NCBI GenBank assembly: GCA_963823335.1
Contig: CAWGLD010000005.1
Span: forward strand, 256,001 to 320,000
Direction of reading: 5' to 3'
Length of the DNA: 64,000 nt
From: an uncultured delta proteobacterium
GTDB taxonomy: Bacteria; Desulfobacterota; Desulfobacteria; Desulfobacterales; B30-G6
Notes under the pieces: generated by a model
The model's input: the letters and a program-made list of their open reading frames with translations, nothing else
Databases searched by the model: none
Told to the model about the DNA's origin: nothing
Part shown: piece by piece, positions 18,950 through 30,482 of the stretch
Layout: each line of letters begins with the position of its first letter
How positions within the stretch are numbered: position 1 is the stretch's first letter
Program-made: the position numbers and the translations under genes

Positions 18950-19864
18950 ATGACAGCAACGCTGATCAAAGGGACCGAGATTCGCGAAGAAATCTTGGAA
19001 GAAATTACAGCAGAAGTAGCTGAAATTAAAGCCAAACATGGTGTCGTTCCAGGTCTTGTCACTATTCTTGTTGGCGAGAGTCCCGCGTCCATATCCTATG
19101 TCACGCTAAAGATAAAAACAGCCCACAGAGTCGGATTCAAGGAAATTCAGGACAGCCAGCCGGTTGATATCTCAGAAGAGGCCCTGTTGGCCCTGATCGA
19201 CAAGTATAACAATGATGAATCCATCAACGGTATTCTTGTTCAACTACCGCTTCCCAAACATATCAATGAAAAGAAAGTGCTCAATGCCATCGACCCGGAC
19301 AAGGATGTGGACGGATTCCATCCTGTCAATGTCGGTAGGTTAATGATTGGCGGCGACGAGGTCAAGTTTCCTCCCTGCACACCCTATGGTATTCAAGAGA
19401 TGATTATTAGGGCCGGTGTTGAGACAAGTGGTGCCGAGGTGGTGGTTGTCGGCCGATCCAATATCGTTGGAAAACCCATCGCCAATATGATGGTTCAAAA
19501 AGGACCGGGTGCCAACGCCACTGTCACGGTGGTGCATACGCGGACCAAGGATCTTGCCGCACATTGTCTACGCGCAGATATTCTTATCGTTGCTGCCGGT
19601 GTTCCTGGATTGGTCAAACCGGAGTGGATCAAACCCGGTGCCTGTGTCATCGATGTCGGTGTGAACCGCGTCGGCGAAAAACCTAGCCAGAAGAATCCCG
19701 GGAAAATGGTCGCAATACTAAAAGGCGATGTCGACTTTGACGAAGCCAAGGAAATTGCAGGTTTTATTACACCGGTTCCTGGGGGCGTCGGTCCCATGAC
19801 CATTACCATGCTCATGCTGAATACCCTGAAAGCACTCAAATTTAAGCTCGGTATAGCCGCCTAA
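18950..19864 (+). CDS. folD: Methylene-THF dehydrogenase/cyclohydrolase
   Basis: GILVQLPLP, KDVDGFHP, PCTP, GRSNIVGKP, TPVPGGVGPMT. Confidence 0.97.
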   Translation: MTATLIKGTEIREEILEEITAEVAEIKAKHGVVPGLVTILVGESPASISYVTLKIKTAHRVGFKEIQDSQPVDISEEALLALIDKYNNDESINGILVQLPLPKHINEKKVLNAIDPDKDVDGFHPVNVGRLMIGGDEVKFPPCTPYGIQEMIIRAGVETSGAEVVVVGRSNIVGKPIANMMVQKGPGANATVTVVHTRTKDLAAHCLRADILIVAAGVPGLVKPEWIKPGACVIDVGVNRVGEKPSQKNPGKMVAILKGDVDFDEAKEIAGFITPVPGGVGPMTITMLMLNTLKALKFKLGIAA

Positions 19865-19872
19865 TCTGGATT

Positions 19873-19916
19873 TTTTCCGTGAAGCACCGTTCTTGCCGGC
19901 GGTGCTTCATGGAAAA
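19873..19916. terminator. Stem-loop after folD
   Basis: ttttccgtgaagcaccgt...gcggtgcttcatggaaaa inverted repeat. Confidence 0.6.
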
Positions 19917-20119
19917 CGTTCTTCGCTGTCTGATTGTAGAAAAAACATGGCCATGTCATGCTGGAGGCCAGGGACACCAGCCCAGGCTTGACAGGCTGTT
20001 TCAATCGTGGTAAAAATAAACTTTAGCAAATTCGATATCCTTATAATAGACCATTGAAAAGAGGATCTAATATGTTTTAAGATCCTGTTTTCAATTGGAC
20101 GATTGCAGAGCGCATAGTC

Positions 20120-21043
20120 ATGAAGAAAATGACCTTTTTTGTTTTGAGCAATACCGGTTCACGGGCCAGTCAGATTTCGGTGCCGGGTAGTCTTATTTAT
20201 GTTTCCTTTGCCGCTATTTTTATCGCTCTATCGATTCTGGGTTATTTAGCCTACGATTATTATCAGCTCAGAACAGTCGGTCTGGTCAATCAAGCATATG
20301 AAAGACAGATCGATGATCAAAAGGATACCATTGCCGGTCAGCAAGCCCAAATCCAGACCTTTACTTCCGAAATAAACAAGCTGAAATCAAAACTGGTGAC
20401 ACTCAATAATTTTGAAAAGAAGATCCGCGTGATTGCCAATCTTGATCAAGAGAACGATCAGGAAAATCTTTTCGGGGTTGGTGGCTCAATACCGGAAGAC
20501 CTTGAAACCGATCTTGATTTGACAAAAAGACAGACGGGTCTGCTCCGGGAGATGCACGAACAGGTCGATAACTTGAATCTGGCGACTTCCAATCAGAAGA
20601 CCGGTTTTTCATCCCTTCTGGAGGCCCTTGAAGGCCAGAAAAATCTTCTGGCATGTACCCCAGCTCTCAGACCTGTCAAGGGATGGATGACATCTCGATT
20701 CGGGTACCGAAAGTCTCCTTTTACGGGTCGTAAAGAACTTCACAAGGGGCTTGATATCGCCAACAGAGAAGGCACTCAGATAATTGCACCTGCCGATGGG
20801 ATAGTAAAATTTACAGGCAGAAAAGGGCTTTTAGGTAAGTCGATGGATATCGATCACGGCCACGGTATGATAACCCGTTACGGTCATCTCAAAGAGATAT
20901 TAAAAAAGCGGGGTGAGCCGGTCAAAAGAGGAGATATCATTGCAGAAATGGGTGACACAGGACGAAGTACCGGTCCGCACCTTCACTATGAGGTTCATCT
21001 CAACAGTGTACCCGTCAATCCAATCAAGTATATCCTAAACTAG
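20120..21043 (+). CDS. M23 family metallopeptidase with N-terminal TM helix and coiled coil
   Basis: HKGLD, YGHL, TGRSTGPHLHYEV. Confidence 0.92.
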   Translation: MKKMTFFVLSNTGSRASQISVPGSLIYVSFAAIFIALSILGYLAYDYYQLRTVGLVNQAYERQIDDQKDTIAGQQAQIQTFTSEINKLKSKLVTLNNFEKKIRVIANLDQENDQENLFGVGGSIPEDLETDLDLTKRQTGLLREMHEQVDNLNLATSNQKTGFSSLLEALEGQKNLLACTPALRPVKGWMTSRFGYRKSPFTGRKELHKGLDIANREGTQIIAPADGIVKFTGRKGLLGKSMDIDHGHGMITRYGHLKEILKKRGEPVKRGDIIAEMGDTGRSTGPHLHYEVHLNSVPVNPIKYILN

Positions 21044-21188
21044 TTATGGCATCGCTGCCGCGCTGCCATCCAATCCAGGCTGCAATCTTTTTAAAATCAA
21101 ATTGCGTAATATGGGTTTTACCATTGCCTTGGTGATCTTTATGTATTAATTCGTGAAGCGAATTTATTTTCGGAGGGAACACTTCCAC

Positions 21189-23717
21189 ATGGTTATGAAT
21201 TTTTTGACAAAAATATTCGGCAGTAAAAATGAACGGGAACTAAAAAAGCTTCAACCCATGGTTGGTCAAATCAACCTACACGAGCCGACTGTTCAGGCCA
21301 TGAACGATGGGCAGCTGACGCAGCAGACCTTGCGCTTCAAAGAACGATTGACGAATGGTGAGTCCCTGGACGACATTCTGCCCGAAGCGTTTGCTACAGT
21401 TCGTGAAGCGTCTGTACGCACATTGGGGATGCGTCATTTCGACGTTCAGCTCATCGGCGGGATAGTACTCCACAATGGATGTATCGCTGAAATGAAGACC
21501 GGTGAGGGCAAAACACTTGTGGCCACACTGCCGGCTTATTTGAATGCTTTGGCGGGAAAAGGCGTCCATATTATCACGGTCAATGACTATCTGGCAAAAC
21601 GTGATACTGAGTGGATGGGAAAGCTCTATAATTTTCTCGGCTTGTCTGTCGGTACTATCGTTCATGGAATAAATGACAACGAGCGTAAAACAGCCTATGG
21701 CTCAGACATTACCTATGGAACAAACAACGAGTTCGGTTTTGATTATCTGCGGGACAACATGAAGTTTGACCACAAGACTCTGGTGCAATCCGAGTTGAAT
21801 TATGTCATCGTCGATGAAGTGGACAGCATCCTGATCGATGAGGCGCGAACCCCATTGATTATTTCCGGCCCTGCTGAAAAATCAACCCATCTCTACTACC
21901 AGGTTAACAGCATTATTCCCAAACTAAAGCGTGAACATGATTTTACCATTGACGAAAAGGCACGATCCGCTGTTCTTACAGAAGAAGGTGTCGCCAATGC
22001 AGAGCGTATCCTGAATGTCGACAATCTGTACGATCCCAAACAGATCGAGCTTTTGCATCATATCAACCAGGCTGTCAAAGCCCACGCCCTGTTCAAAAGA
22101 GATGTAGACTATATCGTTAAAAACGGTGAAGTCATCATTGTGGATGAATTCACCGGGCGTTTGATGCCGGGAAGGCGCTATAGTGAAGGTTTGCACCAGG
22201 CGCTCGAAGCCAAAGAGAACGTTAAAATCGAAAATGAGAATCAGACCCTGGCTACGGTCACATTCCAGAATTATTTCAGAATGTACAATAAACTTGCCGG
22301 TATGACCGGCACCGCGGACACGGAAGCGGCTGAATTCAAAAAGATCTATCAACTTGATGTCTTGGTCGCTCCAACCAACCAGCCCATGATCCGCAAAGAT
22401 TTTTCGGATGTTATCTATAAAACACGCAGGGAAAAATTCGAAGCGGTCATGGATGAAATCGTAGAACTCAATCAAAAAGGCCAACCGGTTTTAGTGGGAA
22501 CCATCTCCATCGATGTTTCCGAAGAACTGAGCAAAAAACTGAAAAAGAGAGGTATCCAGCATGAAGTTCTGAATGCCAAGAACCACGAGAAAGAGGCAGA
22601 GATCATTTCAATGGCCGGTCAAAAAGGGGCTGTAACAATCTCCACCAACATGGCGGGTCGCGGTACAGATATCGTGTTGGGTGACGGTGTTGTCGATCTG
22701 GGGGGGCTCCATATTTTAGGAACCGAGCGTCATGAGAGCCGTCGAATCGACAATCAGCTCAGGGGGCGGTCCGGTCGTCAGGGGGATCCGGGGTCCTCAC
22801 GTTTTTATCTTTCCCTGGAAGACGATCTTCTGCGGATTTTCGGTGGTGAAAGGATTACCGGAATCATGGAAAAACTTGGCATGGAGGAGGGTGAGCCTAT
22901 TGAGCATAGTCTGATCAGTCGCGCCATCGAGAATGCACAGGCCAAGGTTGAAGGTCATAATTTTGATATTCGTAAACACCTGCTCGAGTACGACGATGTC
23001 ATGAACCAACAGCGTGAAGTCATTTACAAACAGCGCCGTGAGGCGCTGGATGGGAAGAATCTGAAGGAAACCATTCAGGATATCATATTTGACAAGGCTT
23101 CAGGGATAGCTGAATTGTTTGCAGACGAAAAGATTTTGCCCGAAGAATGGGATTTCAAGGGGATTGATGAAGCGGTTTTTAAGCAGTTCAACTTGAGGAT
23201 CGGTAAACCTGATGACGATACACTCGATGGCCTGACGGGCGAGGGGCTTACTCAGTTGATTCACGACGTTGCCGTCTCAGCCTACCATGAAAAAGAAACC
23301 CTTATCGGTCCTGATGAATTTAGAAATCTGGAACGCTATATTCTGCTGCAGACGGTGGACCAGTTGTGGAAGGACCATCTGCTCAGCATGGATCACCTGA
23401 AAGAAGGGATAGGACTCAGGGGATATGCCCAGCAGAACCCATTGCTTGTGTATAAAAAAGAGGGGTTTGAGATGTTTCAGGATATGATCTCAAGGGTTCA
23501 GGAAGAGACGCTTTCGATTCTATACCGAATTCAGCTGGCAGAACCTGAGAATCTGAAGGAACTACAAAAGCCCGAGGAACCACCGCTGATGTTTTCCGGT
23601 GGCGATATGGCAGCTGCCAAGAAAAAGCCGGCGACACGATCTGACAAGAAAGTTGGCCGCAATGCACCATGCCCCTGTGGCAGCGGGAAAAAATATAAAA
23701 AATGCTGCGGGCAGTGA
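21189..23717 (+). CDS. secA: Preprotein translocase subunit SecA
   Basis: [37 protein letters not shown]-terminal [17 protein letters not shown]. Confidence 0.98.
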   Translation: MVMNFLTKIFGSKNERELKKLQPMVGQINLHEPTVQAMNDGQLTQQTLRFKERLTNGESLDDILPEAFATVREASVRTLGMRHFDVQLIGGIVLHNGCIAEMKTGEGKTLVATLPAYLNALAGKGVHIITVNDYLAKRDTEWMGKLYNFLGLSVGTIVHGINDNERKTAYGSDITYGTNNEFGFDYLRDNMKFDHKTLVQSELNYVIVDEVDSILIDEARTPLIISGPAEKSTHLYYQVNSIIPKLKREHDFTIDEKARSAVLTEEGVANAERILNVDNLYDPKQIELLHHINQAVKAHALFKRDVDYIVKNGEVIIVDEFTGRLMPGRRYSEGLHQALEAKENVKIENENQTLATVTFQNYFRMYNKLAGMTGTADTEAAEFKKIYQLDVLVAPTNQPMIRKDFSDVIYKTRREKFEAVMDEIVELNQKGQPVLVGTISIDVSEELSKKLKKRGIQHEVLNAKNHEKEAEIISMAGQKGAVTISTNMAGRGTDIVLGDGVVDLGGLHILGTERHESRRIDNQLRGRSGRQGDPGSSRFYLSLEDDLLRIFGGERITGIMEKLGMEEGEPIEHSLISRAIENAQAKVEGHNFDIRKHLLEYDDVMNQQREVIYKQRREALDGKNLKETIQDIIFDKASGIAELFADEKILPEEWDFKGIDEAVFKQFNLRIGKPDDDTLDGLTGEGLTQLIHDVAVSAYHEKETLIGPDEFRNLERYILLQTVDQLWKDHLLSMDHLKEGIGLRGYAQQNPLLVYKKEGFEMFQDMISRVQEETLSILYRIQLAEPENLKELQKPEEPPLMFSGGDMAAAKKKPATRSDKKVGRNAPCPCGSGKKYKKCCGQ

Positions 23718-23832
23718 ACCGAAACAGCGAGCGCATTCCCCGTAGCTTGCTGCGGGGTTAGCGAGCGAATCTAAATTAGACAGAATTCCTTACGGTCGAA
23801 GATTCCTCGTAGCTTGCTGCGAGGTTCTTCAA
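23715..23832. repeat. Palindromic intergenic repeat (REP/PATE-like), full copy
   Basis: Two internal cgtagcttgctgcg hairpin units; begins with the TGA that terminates secA; related copies at 17655 and 53970. Confidence 0.8.
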
Positions 23833-23875
23833 TCACCCATTTCACTCTGTCGATGGCGAAACCCGAAAGTTGAGT
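23832..23875. mobile_element. Isolated right end of the 12290-12535 MITE family
   Basis: tcacccatttcactctgtcgatggcgaaacccgaaagttgag versus tcacccatttcgctctatctatgacgaaacccgaaagttgag at 12494-12535. Confidence 0.7.
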
Positions 23876-23907
23876 TATAAAGCGTAAAGGGTATCAATTG
23901 CATAGTC

Positions 23908-24411
23908 ATGCCTACAGAACTTCAAATATCAGACTACATTGAATCAACATCCTGGACCATTGGTGTCATCTCCGATACACACGGACTGTTACGCCCGGAA
24001 GTGATGAAATCCTTTGAAGGTGTGGATCTCATTCTCCATGCAGGTGATGTCGGAGACCCGGAAGTGATTGATCTCCTGGAATCCGTTGCACCGCTGGTTG
24101 TGGTCAGGGGTAACATGGATTACGGGAGTTGGGCGGATCGACTTCCCGTTTCAACATCCCTTGTCATCGATAAAATCAAGCTGTTTCTAATTCATGATAT
24201 TGAGCGGGTCGATGCTAAAATGAAACTGCAAAACTATCAGGTCGTTATTACCGGGCATACCCATTGCCCGCTTATCGAAAAGCAGGACAACATTCTATTT
24301 ATAAATCCAGGCAGCGCAGGGCCTCAAAGAAACCGGCATTCCGTGTCGATTGGAAAACTGACCTTCTTCGATGGCCAACTGGATGCCCAACTTGTAGAAC
24401 TGGATGTCTGA
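23908..24411 (+). CDS. Metallophosphoesterase (YfcE/MJ0936 family)
   Basis: SDTHG, HAGD, RGNMD, GHTH, NPGS. Confidence 0.9.
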   Translation: MPTELQISDYIESTSWTIGVISDTHGLLRPEVMKSFEGVDLILHAGDVGDPEVIDLLESVAPLVVVRGNMDYGSWADRLPVSTSLVIDKIKLFLIHDIERVDAKMKLQNYQVVITGHTHCPLIEKQDNILFINPGSAGPQRNRHSVSIGKLTFFDGQLDAQLVELDV

Positions 24412-24536
24412 TCTGGATGCCTCTTTACAAAGCAGTGTCTTGATGCTTATAGTATAGATACTGTTGTGCCGGCCTTGTGAGTGCCGCTTCAATAATGTTA
24501 ATAAATATAGATGGATGTGCGCAGGAACAGGCAAAA

Positions 24537-24851
24537 ATGAACATGTCAAAAACCGATATCACGGCCGATGCGCAGACCAGGACCCGTAAACGCGTTCAAG
24601 AGCCGCCGCTGTACCGGGTGCTACTCCATAATGACGATTATACCACCATGGAGTTTGTCATCGAGGTCTTGAAGGTTGTTTTCAATCGGTCCATGGAGGA
24701 TGCGACGCAAATCATGCTGAATGTCCACAGAAATGGTATCGGCATTTGCGGTGTCTATCCATATGAGATTGCGGAAACCAAAGTGGAGATTGTAGAGGTG
24801 CTTGCCAGAACAAATGACTTTCCTTTAAAATGCTCCATGGAGAAAGCGTAA
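24537..24851 (+). CDS. clpS: Clp protease adaptor ClpS
   Basis: YRVLLHNDDYTTMEFV, IMLNVHRNG, IAETKV, FPLKC. Confidence 0.95.
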   Translation: MNMSKTDITADAQTRTRKRVQEPPLYRVLLHNDDYTTMEFVIEVLKVVFNRSMEDATQIMLNVHRNGIGICGVYPYEIAETKVEIVEVLARTNDFPLKCSMEKA

Positions 24852-24854
24852 AAA

Positions 24855-27125
24855 ATGATCAGTAAAGAACTCAGCGAAACATTGGGATTCGCTGTCAAAG
24901 AAGCCAAAAAAAGACGGCATGAATATGTGTGCGTGGAGCATGTACTTTACGCTATCCTGCATGACGAGAGCGGTGTCGATATCGTTGAAAACTGTGGTGG
25001 GAACGTAGAGAACCTCAAAGCATTGCTTGAAAAATTCTTTTCAGAGAAGGTAGAACGCATCCCTGAAGGATCTGAATACGTCCTGCAGCAGACCATCGGT
25101 TTTCAGCGGGTCATCCAGCGGGCTGTCAACCATGCACGTTCGGCTGAAAAACAGGAAGTGGCCGTGGGGGATATCCTGGCATCCATTTTCCAGGAGAAGA
25201 ATTCCCATGCCGATAACTTTTTAAAATCGGAGGGTGTAACGCGCTTCGATATTCTGAATTATATATCGCACAATATCCACAACGAAGCTTTAAAACCCGG
25301 GGACAGCAGAATATCCAGACCGGATCAGAAAGAGAAAAAGAAATCAGATCCCCTGGCACTTTTTACCATCGATCTTATGGAAAGAGCCGCCCAAGGAAAA
25401 CTGGATCCGTTGATCGGCAGGCAGCTTGAATTGGAACGAACCATGCAGGTCCTCTGCAGACGGCGCAAGAACAACCCTGTTTTTGTCGGTGATCCCGGTG
25501 TTGGAAAGACTGCGATGGCTGAAGGTCTGGTACAACGGATTGTGGCAGGGGCTGTCCCGGATATCCTGAAAGGTATTCGGATTTACGCTCTCGACCTGGG
25601 GGCGCTCCTGGCCGGAACAAAGTTTCGGGGTGATTTTGAGCAGCGTCTTAAAGGGGTCATTTCAAAGCTGATCAGTACCCCGAATTCGATCCTCTTTATC
25701 GATGAAATCCACACCATTGTGGGAGCAGGTGCCACGAGTTCCGGCTCCATGGACGCTTCCAACATTTTGAAACCAGTACTCGGTTCCGGTGACTTGCGCT
25801 GTATCGGCTCAACGACCTATGAGGAATACAAAAATCATTTTGATAAAGATCGAGCCTTTTCCCGCCGTTTCGAAAAAATCGAAATTGCGGAACCACCTGT
25901 GGATGAAACAGTGAAAATACTGAAAGGCCTGCGTTCGCGGTATGAGGCGCACCACAATATACGTTACAGCGACACGGCATTGAAGGCTGCAGCAGAACTG
26001 TCTGCCAAGCATCTGAATGACCGATATCTCCCTGATAAGGCCATCGATGTCATCGACGAGGCAGGCGCGTTCGTCCGGCTTTCAGGATCCACCCGCCGGA
26101 AGAGAATCAATCCGACCGATATCGAAAAAATCGTTGCAAAAATGGCCCGGATTCCCACCAGGAGTGTTTCCATAAATGACAGGACCAGGCTGTCGACACT
26201 TGAAAACCGACTCAAAGAATATGTTTACGGCCAGGACGAAGCCATTACTTCACTGGTAACCTCCATCAAGCGCTCCAGGGCCGGGCTGGGGTTTCCCGGT
26301 CATCCCATCGGTTCATTTCTGTTTACCGGACCAACGGGTGTGGGCAAGACAGAGGTGGCCATCCAGATAGCTAAGAATCTGGGTATCGAATTCATGCGAT
26401 TCGACATGAGCGAATATATGGAGAAACACGCCATTGCACGGTTGATCGGTGCGCCGCCGGGTTATATCGGATTCGAACAGGGGGGACTGTTGACGGACGG
26501 TATCCGCAAACATCCCTACTGTGTCCTTCTGCTGGATGAAATTGAAAAGGCCCACCTGGATCTCTTCAATATATTGTTGCAGGTGATGGACCATGCTACC
26601 TTGACAGACAACAACGGCAAAAAGGCAGACTTTCGCAATGTCATCCTGATCATGACCACCAACGCCGGCGCCCGTGAAATGAGCTCCCAGTCCATTGGTT
26701 TTGGGGATCCCAAATCTGATACGGTCTTCAAGGGGAAAAAGGCCATTGAAAAAATATTCAACCCGGAATTCAGGAATCGTCTCGATGCCATCATCACATT
26801 CAATTCATTATCGAAGGATATCATGGGGTTGATTGTGGATAAGTTTATCAAAGAATTGAATGACCAGTTGGTTCCCCGAAATGTAAGGATAGAGCTTTCA
26901 GCGGAGGCAAGGGAATGGATGGCCCAAAAGGGTCATGACCCCCAGTATGGTGCCAGACCCCTGACAAGATTGATACAGACCGAAATCAAGAATATGCTGT
27001 CCGATGAAATTCTTTTCGGAAAACTGGAAAAGGGTGGTCATGTGCTCGTTGAAAGGGACGGTGACAAACTTTCTTTAAATACGACAGCGAAGCAAAAGGC
27101 CATTGCTGAAGCCCCGGCTGTATAA
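24855..27125 (+). CDS. clpA: ATP-dependent Clp protease ATP-binding subunit ClpA
   Basis: Two AAA+ modules (GDPGVGKT, GPTGVGKT), RFDMSEYME; between clpS and aat. Confidence 0.96.
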   Translation: MISKELSETLGFAVKEAKKRRHEYVCVEHVLYAILHDESGVDIVENCGGNVENLKALLEKFFSEKVERIPEGSEYVLQQTIGFQRVIQRAVNHARSAEKQEVAVGDILASIFQEKNSHADNFLKSEGVTRFDILNYISHNIHNEALKPGDSRISRPDQKEKKKSDPLALFTIDLMERAAQGKLDPLIGRQLELERTMQVLCRRRKNNPVFVGDPGVGKTAMAEGLVQRIVAGAVPDILKGIRIYALDLGALLAGTKFRGDFEQRLKGVISKLISTPNSILFIDEIHTIVGAGATSSGSMDASNILKPVLGSGDLRCIGSTTYEEYKNHFDKDRAFSRRFEKIEIAEPPVDETVKILKGLRSRYEAHHNIRYSDTALKAAAELSAKHLNDRYLPDKAIDVIDEAGAFVRLSGSTRRKRINPTDIEKIVAKMARIPTRSVSINDRTRLSTLENRLKEYVYGQDEAITSLVTSIKRSRAGLGFPGHPIGSFLFTGPTGVGKTEVAIQIAKNLGIEFMRFDMSEYMEKHAIARLIGAPPGYIGFEQGGLLTDGIRKHPYCVLLLDEIEKAHLDLFNILLQVMDHATLTDNNGKKADFRNVILIMTTNAGAREMSSQSIGFGDPKSDTVFKGKKAIEKIFNPEFRNRLDAIITFNSLSKDIMGLIVDKFIKELNDQLVPRNVRIELSAEAREWMAQKGHDPQYGARPLTRLIQTEIKNMLSDEILFGKLEKGGHVLVERDGDKLSLNTTAKQKAIAEAPAV

Positions 27126-27194
27126 GCTGTAGACTGTTAGGCTATTAGACTGTAGGCTGTTGAGCGCCTAATGGCCTAATAGTCTACAGCCTAA
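27122..27194. repeat. Degenerate 7-8-mer inverted-repeat element
   Basis: (agactgt/aggctat)n ... (ctaatagt/ctacagc)n; close relative of 38061-38123. Confidence 0.7.
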
Positions 27195-27215
27195 CCAAGC
27201 TAATCTCTTAAACTC

Positions 27216-27905
27216 ATGCCTGTTTATCTTTTGTCAGAAGCCCTCACGTTTCCTCCTCCCCGTTTGGCATCCCAGGAAGGGTTGCTCGCTGTGGGCGGGG
27301 ATCTGAGCCCGGAGCGCTTGCTGGCGGCATATGGTCAGGGCATCTTTCCATGGTTTTCAGAAGGCGAGCCCATTCTGTGGTGGTCGCCGGACCCGCGCCT
27401 GGTTCTCTTTCCCCATGAATTCAAGATCTCCAAAAACCTTAAAAAAATTATCAGACGATCTTTTTTCGAAATCACGGTTGATCAGGCGTTTCAAAAGGTG
27501 ATTACCGAATGTGCCGAGATCCGGGTGAAACAGAAAGAACCTACCTGGATCGTGGGGGACATGATCGATGCGTATTGCCGGTTGCATGAATCCGGCTTTG
27601 CCCACTCGGTGGAAGCCTGGCAGGGTGGTGTGCTGGCGGGTGGTCTGTATGGCGTTTCCCTGGGTAAATGCTTTTTCGGCGAGTCCATGTTTGCCAGGGC
27701 CAGCAACGCATCCAAAATCGCGCTTGCCTGGTTAGTGGATTTCTTGCGGTCGCATGCGTTTCACCTGATTGATTGCCAGGTCACCACGACACATCTGGTC
27801 AGTCTGGGGGCAAGGGAGATCCCACGAGACAGGTTTCTGAAACTGCTGAAGACAGCATTAAAGGAACCGACCATCAAGGGCAAGTGGCAATATCTTGACG
27901 GGTGA
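27216..27905 (+). CDS. aat: Leucyl/phenylalanyl-tRNA--protein transferase
   Basis: GLLAVGGDLSPERL, GIFPW, WWSPDPR, FFGESMF, IDCQ. Confidence 0.96.
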   Translation: MPVYLLSEALTFPPPRLASQEGLLAVGGDLSPERLLAAYGQGIFPWFSEGEPILWWSPDPRLVLFPHEFKISKNLKKIIRRSFFEITVDQAFQKVITECAEIRVKQKEPTWIVGDMIDAYCRLHESGFAHSVEAWQGGVLAGGLYGVSLGKCFFGESMFARASNASKIALAWLVDFLRSHAFHLIDCQVTTTHLVSLGAREIPRDRFLKLLKTALKEPTIKGKWQYLDG

Positions 27906-28078
27906 TGATGCTATAGGGGTTGTCAGAAAAACGTTCCGACGGTTTATTTGTACATTATCAGATGTGAAAACAGTATATTAGGCTTAATAAAAAAACGTTG
28001 AAATTCTGATAATTCCCGAATTAGATGAAATCTTCTATTTCGCAGATGCCCAGATTGCTATGATTTGCATTCACATAA

Positions 28079-28340
28079 ATGGTGAGCACACAAGATCTCT
28101 GGGAAATTAGAGCTTCTGCTGGCTCGAACATTTTTCGGCTTATTGGCTTTTTTGATGGCGCCAATATTGTGGTTGTGGCACATGGGTTTCAAAAAAAGAC
28201 CCAAAAAACACTCAAAGAGCCATTGAACTTGTCGAAGAGAGAAAAATAGACTATTCCAGGAGGAAAAAGATATGAGTGATCTTCAAAAATATATAAATAG
28301 AAGAAAGTCTCTCGATAGCAACTTTGCAGAAGGATATCCA
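28079..28340 (+). pseudogene. Type II toxin-antitoxin remnant (RelE/HigB-like toxin C-half plus HTH antitoxin N-terminus)
   Basis: My translation: DLWEIRASAGSNIFRLIGFFDGANIVVVAHGFQKKTQKT, frameshift near 28215, AIELVEERKIDYSRR*; overlapping ATG 28272 gives MSDLQKYINRRKSLDSNFAEGY, then similarity stops. Confidence 0.75.
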
Positions 28341-28550
28341 TTCGAAGCTATCCATTTTATCGATGATCCTTTGAAAAAGGGTCTGCGGCAACTTTAATTC
28401 AGTCAATAAACGGCCCGAGTATTCTGTTTCCTGCTGGTCGGTGACAGGTTGTTTTTGAAAGCTGATTGACAGTAATAAGTAAAAATACATAAAATAGGGT
28501 AAACGTATAACTTTTGGGGTCGTTGTACTGAATAAAAAGAGGGGGTAAAT

Positions 28551-30482
28551 TTGGCTGAAAATAAAAAAGAGACTTTACATTCTTTAAGCTACGGTTGGTG
28601 TGGAAAAATTTTAAAGGTTGATCTTTCTTCAGGCGTCATCACAAAGATTGACACCCAGCCGTATGCAGACCGTTTTTTAGGTGGACGGGGAATCGCTACT
28701 CGTCTCTATTGGGAAAATGTACCTGCCGCAGCCAAGGCGTTTGACCCGGAAAATCATTTGATTTTCATGACAGGACCAATCACGGCTACCGGTGCTCAAG
28801 GCGCATCGAGGTTTTCCATCATCGGAAAATCGCCAATGCTGATGCCAGAGGGGTTTTGCTACGGCAATATGGGCGGATACTGGGGCGCTTCATTAAAAAG
28901 AGCTGGTTTTGACGGACTGATGGTATCCGGCAAGGCGGAGAGACCTGTTTACCTGTTCATTTCTGACGGGAACGCAACAATAGAGGATGCATCCGGGATT
29001 CATCTTGAAGGGGTTAAACAGGTCGAGGAGTATTTGCGCCAGACCCACGGGAAAAAAACACATTTCATTACAACAGGCCCAGCCGGGATGAATCTATGCC
29101 GCAATGCGAACCTGATGACGGATAATGAGGGCAGTGCAACCGGGGGGTTTGGCGCGATTCTAGGTGCAAAAAATTTAAAGGCAATTGCAGTGATAGGCAC
29201 TCAATCTCCCCGGGTAAGCGACCCTGTGGCGCTAAAGGAACTCAATCAGTTCACCATAAAGTTAAACAAGCGTGATACTTCCTTTAATCCATATCCGCCT
29301 GATCAGATTTCCCGTAAAGGAAAAGCTTCATGTTTTCAGTGTGGCTTGGACTGTGTCATGCGATCCACCTATAAAACCCAATCGAACAGAGAGGTTGTCA
29401 GAAAGTGTCAGGCCATGTTTGTGTATTTCCCTTGGGTAATGGGACGCCAGGGGGAACCGGCTGAAACAGCTTTAAATGCAACCGGACTGTGCAACGATTT
29501 GTCCATATGCACGATGGAGATGGCAAATATCATTCAGTGGATAAGTGCGGGTTACAAGGCTGGCTATTTAAACGATGCCCAAACCGGTCTTGAAATTGAC
29601 AAACTGGGCACATGGCAGTTTTTTGAAGACCTGTGCGACATGATCGCCTATCGAAAAGGATTTGGTAATCTTTTGGCCGAAGGTCTTTTAAGAGCGGGAG
29701 AAACCTTGGGGGAGGAAGCCAAAAACCTGTTTGCCAATGAGGTTGCAGGTGTCGGCGACGGTGCCACGTATTCTGCAAGAGAGTACCTGATGAATGGTTT
29801 GCTGTATGCCTTTGAACCCCGACAGCCCATTGCCATGCTGCATGAGGTCAGCAGAACGATTGGCATGTGGGTTATGAACTTGCAATATCCAGGATCAACA
29901 CCGGTTTCCGCAGATGTTTACCGGGCAGCAGCAGCTAAATTCTGGGGCCATGAAAAGGCCTGGGACCTGAATACGCATGAAGGAAAAGCCATGGCTGCCA
30001 CACGCATAATTGATCGCACTTATGTTAAGGACAGCCTGGGGCTATGTGATTCCTGCTGGCCATTGATGTTTTCACACCACACAGACGATAATGTGGGCGA
30101 TTCAACCTTGGAAGTCCGCACATTCAATGCAGTTACTGGAAAAGAAATCGATGAAGACGCTTTGTTGAAAATCGGTGAAATCATTTTTAATCAACAGCGT
30201 GCTATCCTATTACGGGAAGGTTGGAACCCAAGGAAAGATGATACTATTGCAGACTTCAATTTCACCGATCCGGTCCAATCAGTTTTTATGAACGATGAGG
30301 TGCTTATCCCTGGCGAGGGTACTGTTGTTTTAAACCGTAAAGGCCAAGTTCTGGACCGTGAAGTCTTCGAGGAAATGCGGGATGAGTTTTATCGATTAAG
30401 AGGGTGGGATCCAGAAACAGGATATCCTGGGGCAAAAAAACTTCACGAACTTGGACTCTTAGACCTTTTAGATGCGAAGTGA
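28551..30482 (+). CDS. Aldehyde:ferredoxin oxidoreductase family protein (tungstopterin)
   Basis: GWCGKILKVDLS, FLGGRG, LKRAGFDG, GAKNLKAIAV, CFQCGLDC, DSLGLC, FYRLRGWD. Confidence 0.9.
   Translation: MAENKKETLHSLSYGWCGKILKVDLSSGVITKIDTQPYADRFLGGRGIATRLYWENVPAAAKAFDPENHLIFMTGPITATGAQGASRFSIIGKSPMLMPEGFCYGNMGGYWGASLKRAGFDGLMVSGKAERPVYLFISDGNATIEDASGIHLEGVKQVEEYLRQTHGKKTHFITTGPAGMNLCRNANLMTDNEGSATGGFGAILGAKNLKAIAVIGTQSPRVSDPVALKELNQFTIKLNKRDTSFNPYPPDQISRKGKASCFQCGLDCVMRSTYKTQSNREVVRKCQAMFVYFPWVMGRQGEPAETALNATGLCNDLSICTMEMANIIQWISAGYKAGYLNDAQTGLEIDKLGTWQFFEDLCDMIAYRKGFGNLLAEGLLRAGETLGEEAKNLFANEVAGVGDGATYSAREYLMNGLLYAFEPRQPIAMLHEVSRTIGMWVMNLQYPGSTPVSADVYRAAAAKFWGHEKAWDLNTHEGKAMAATRIIDRTYVKDSLGLCDSCWPLMFSHHTDDNVGDSTLEVRTFNAVTGKEIDEDALLKIGEIIFNQQRAILLREGWNPRKDDTIADFNFTDPVQSVFMNDEVLIPGEGTVVLNRKGQVLDREVFEEMRDEFYRLRGWDPETGYPGAKKLHELGLLDLLDAK

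Noticed and set aside
28176-28191. Sigma54-like TGGCAC-N5-TTTCA upstream of AOR
   Set aside because: Imperfect -12 element, and it lies within toxin-remnant codons (VAHGFQ).
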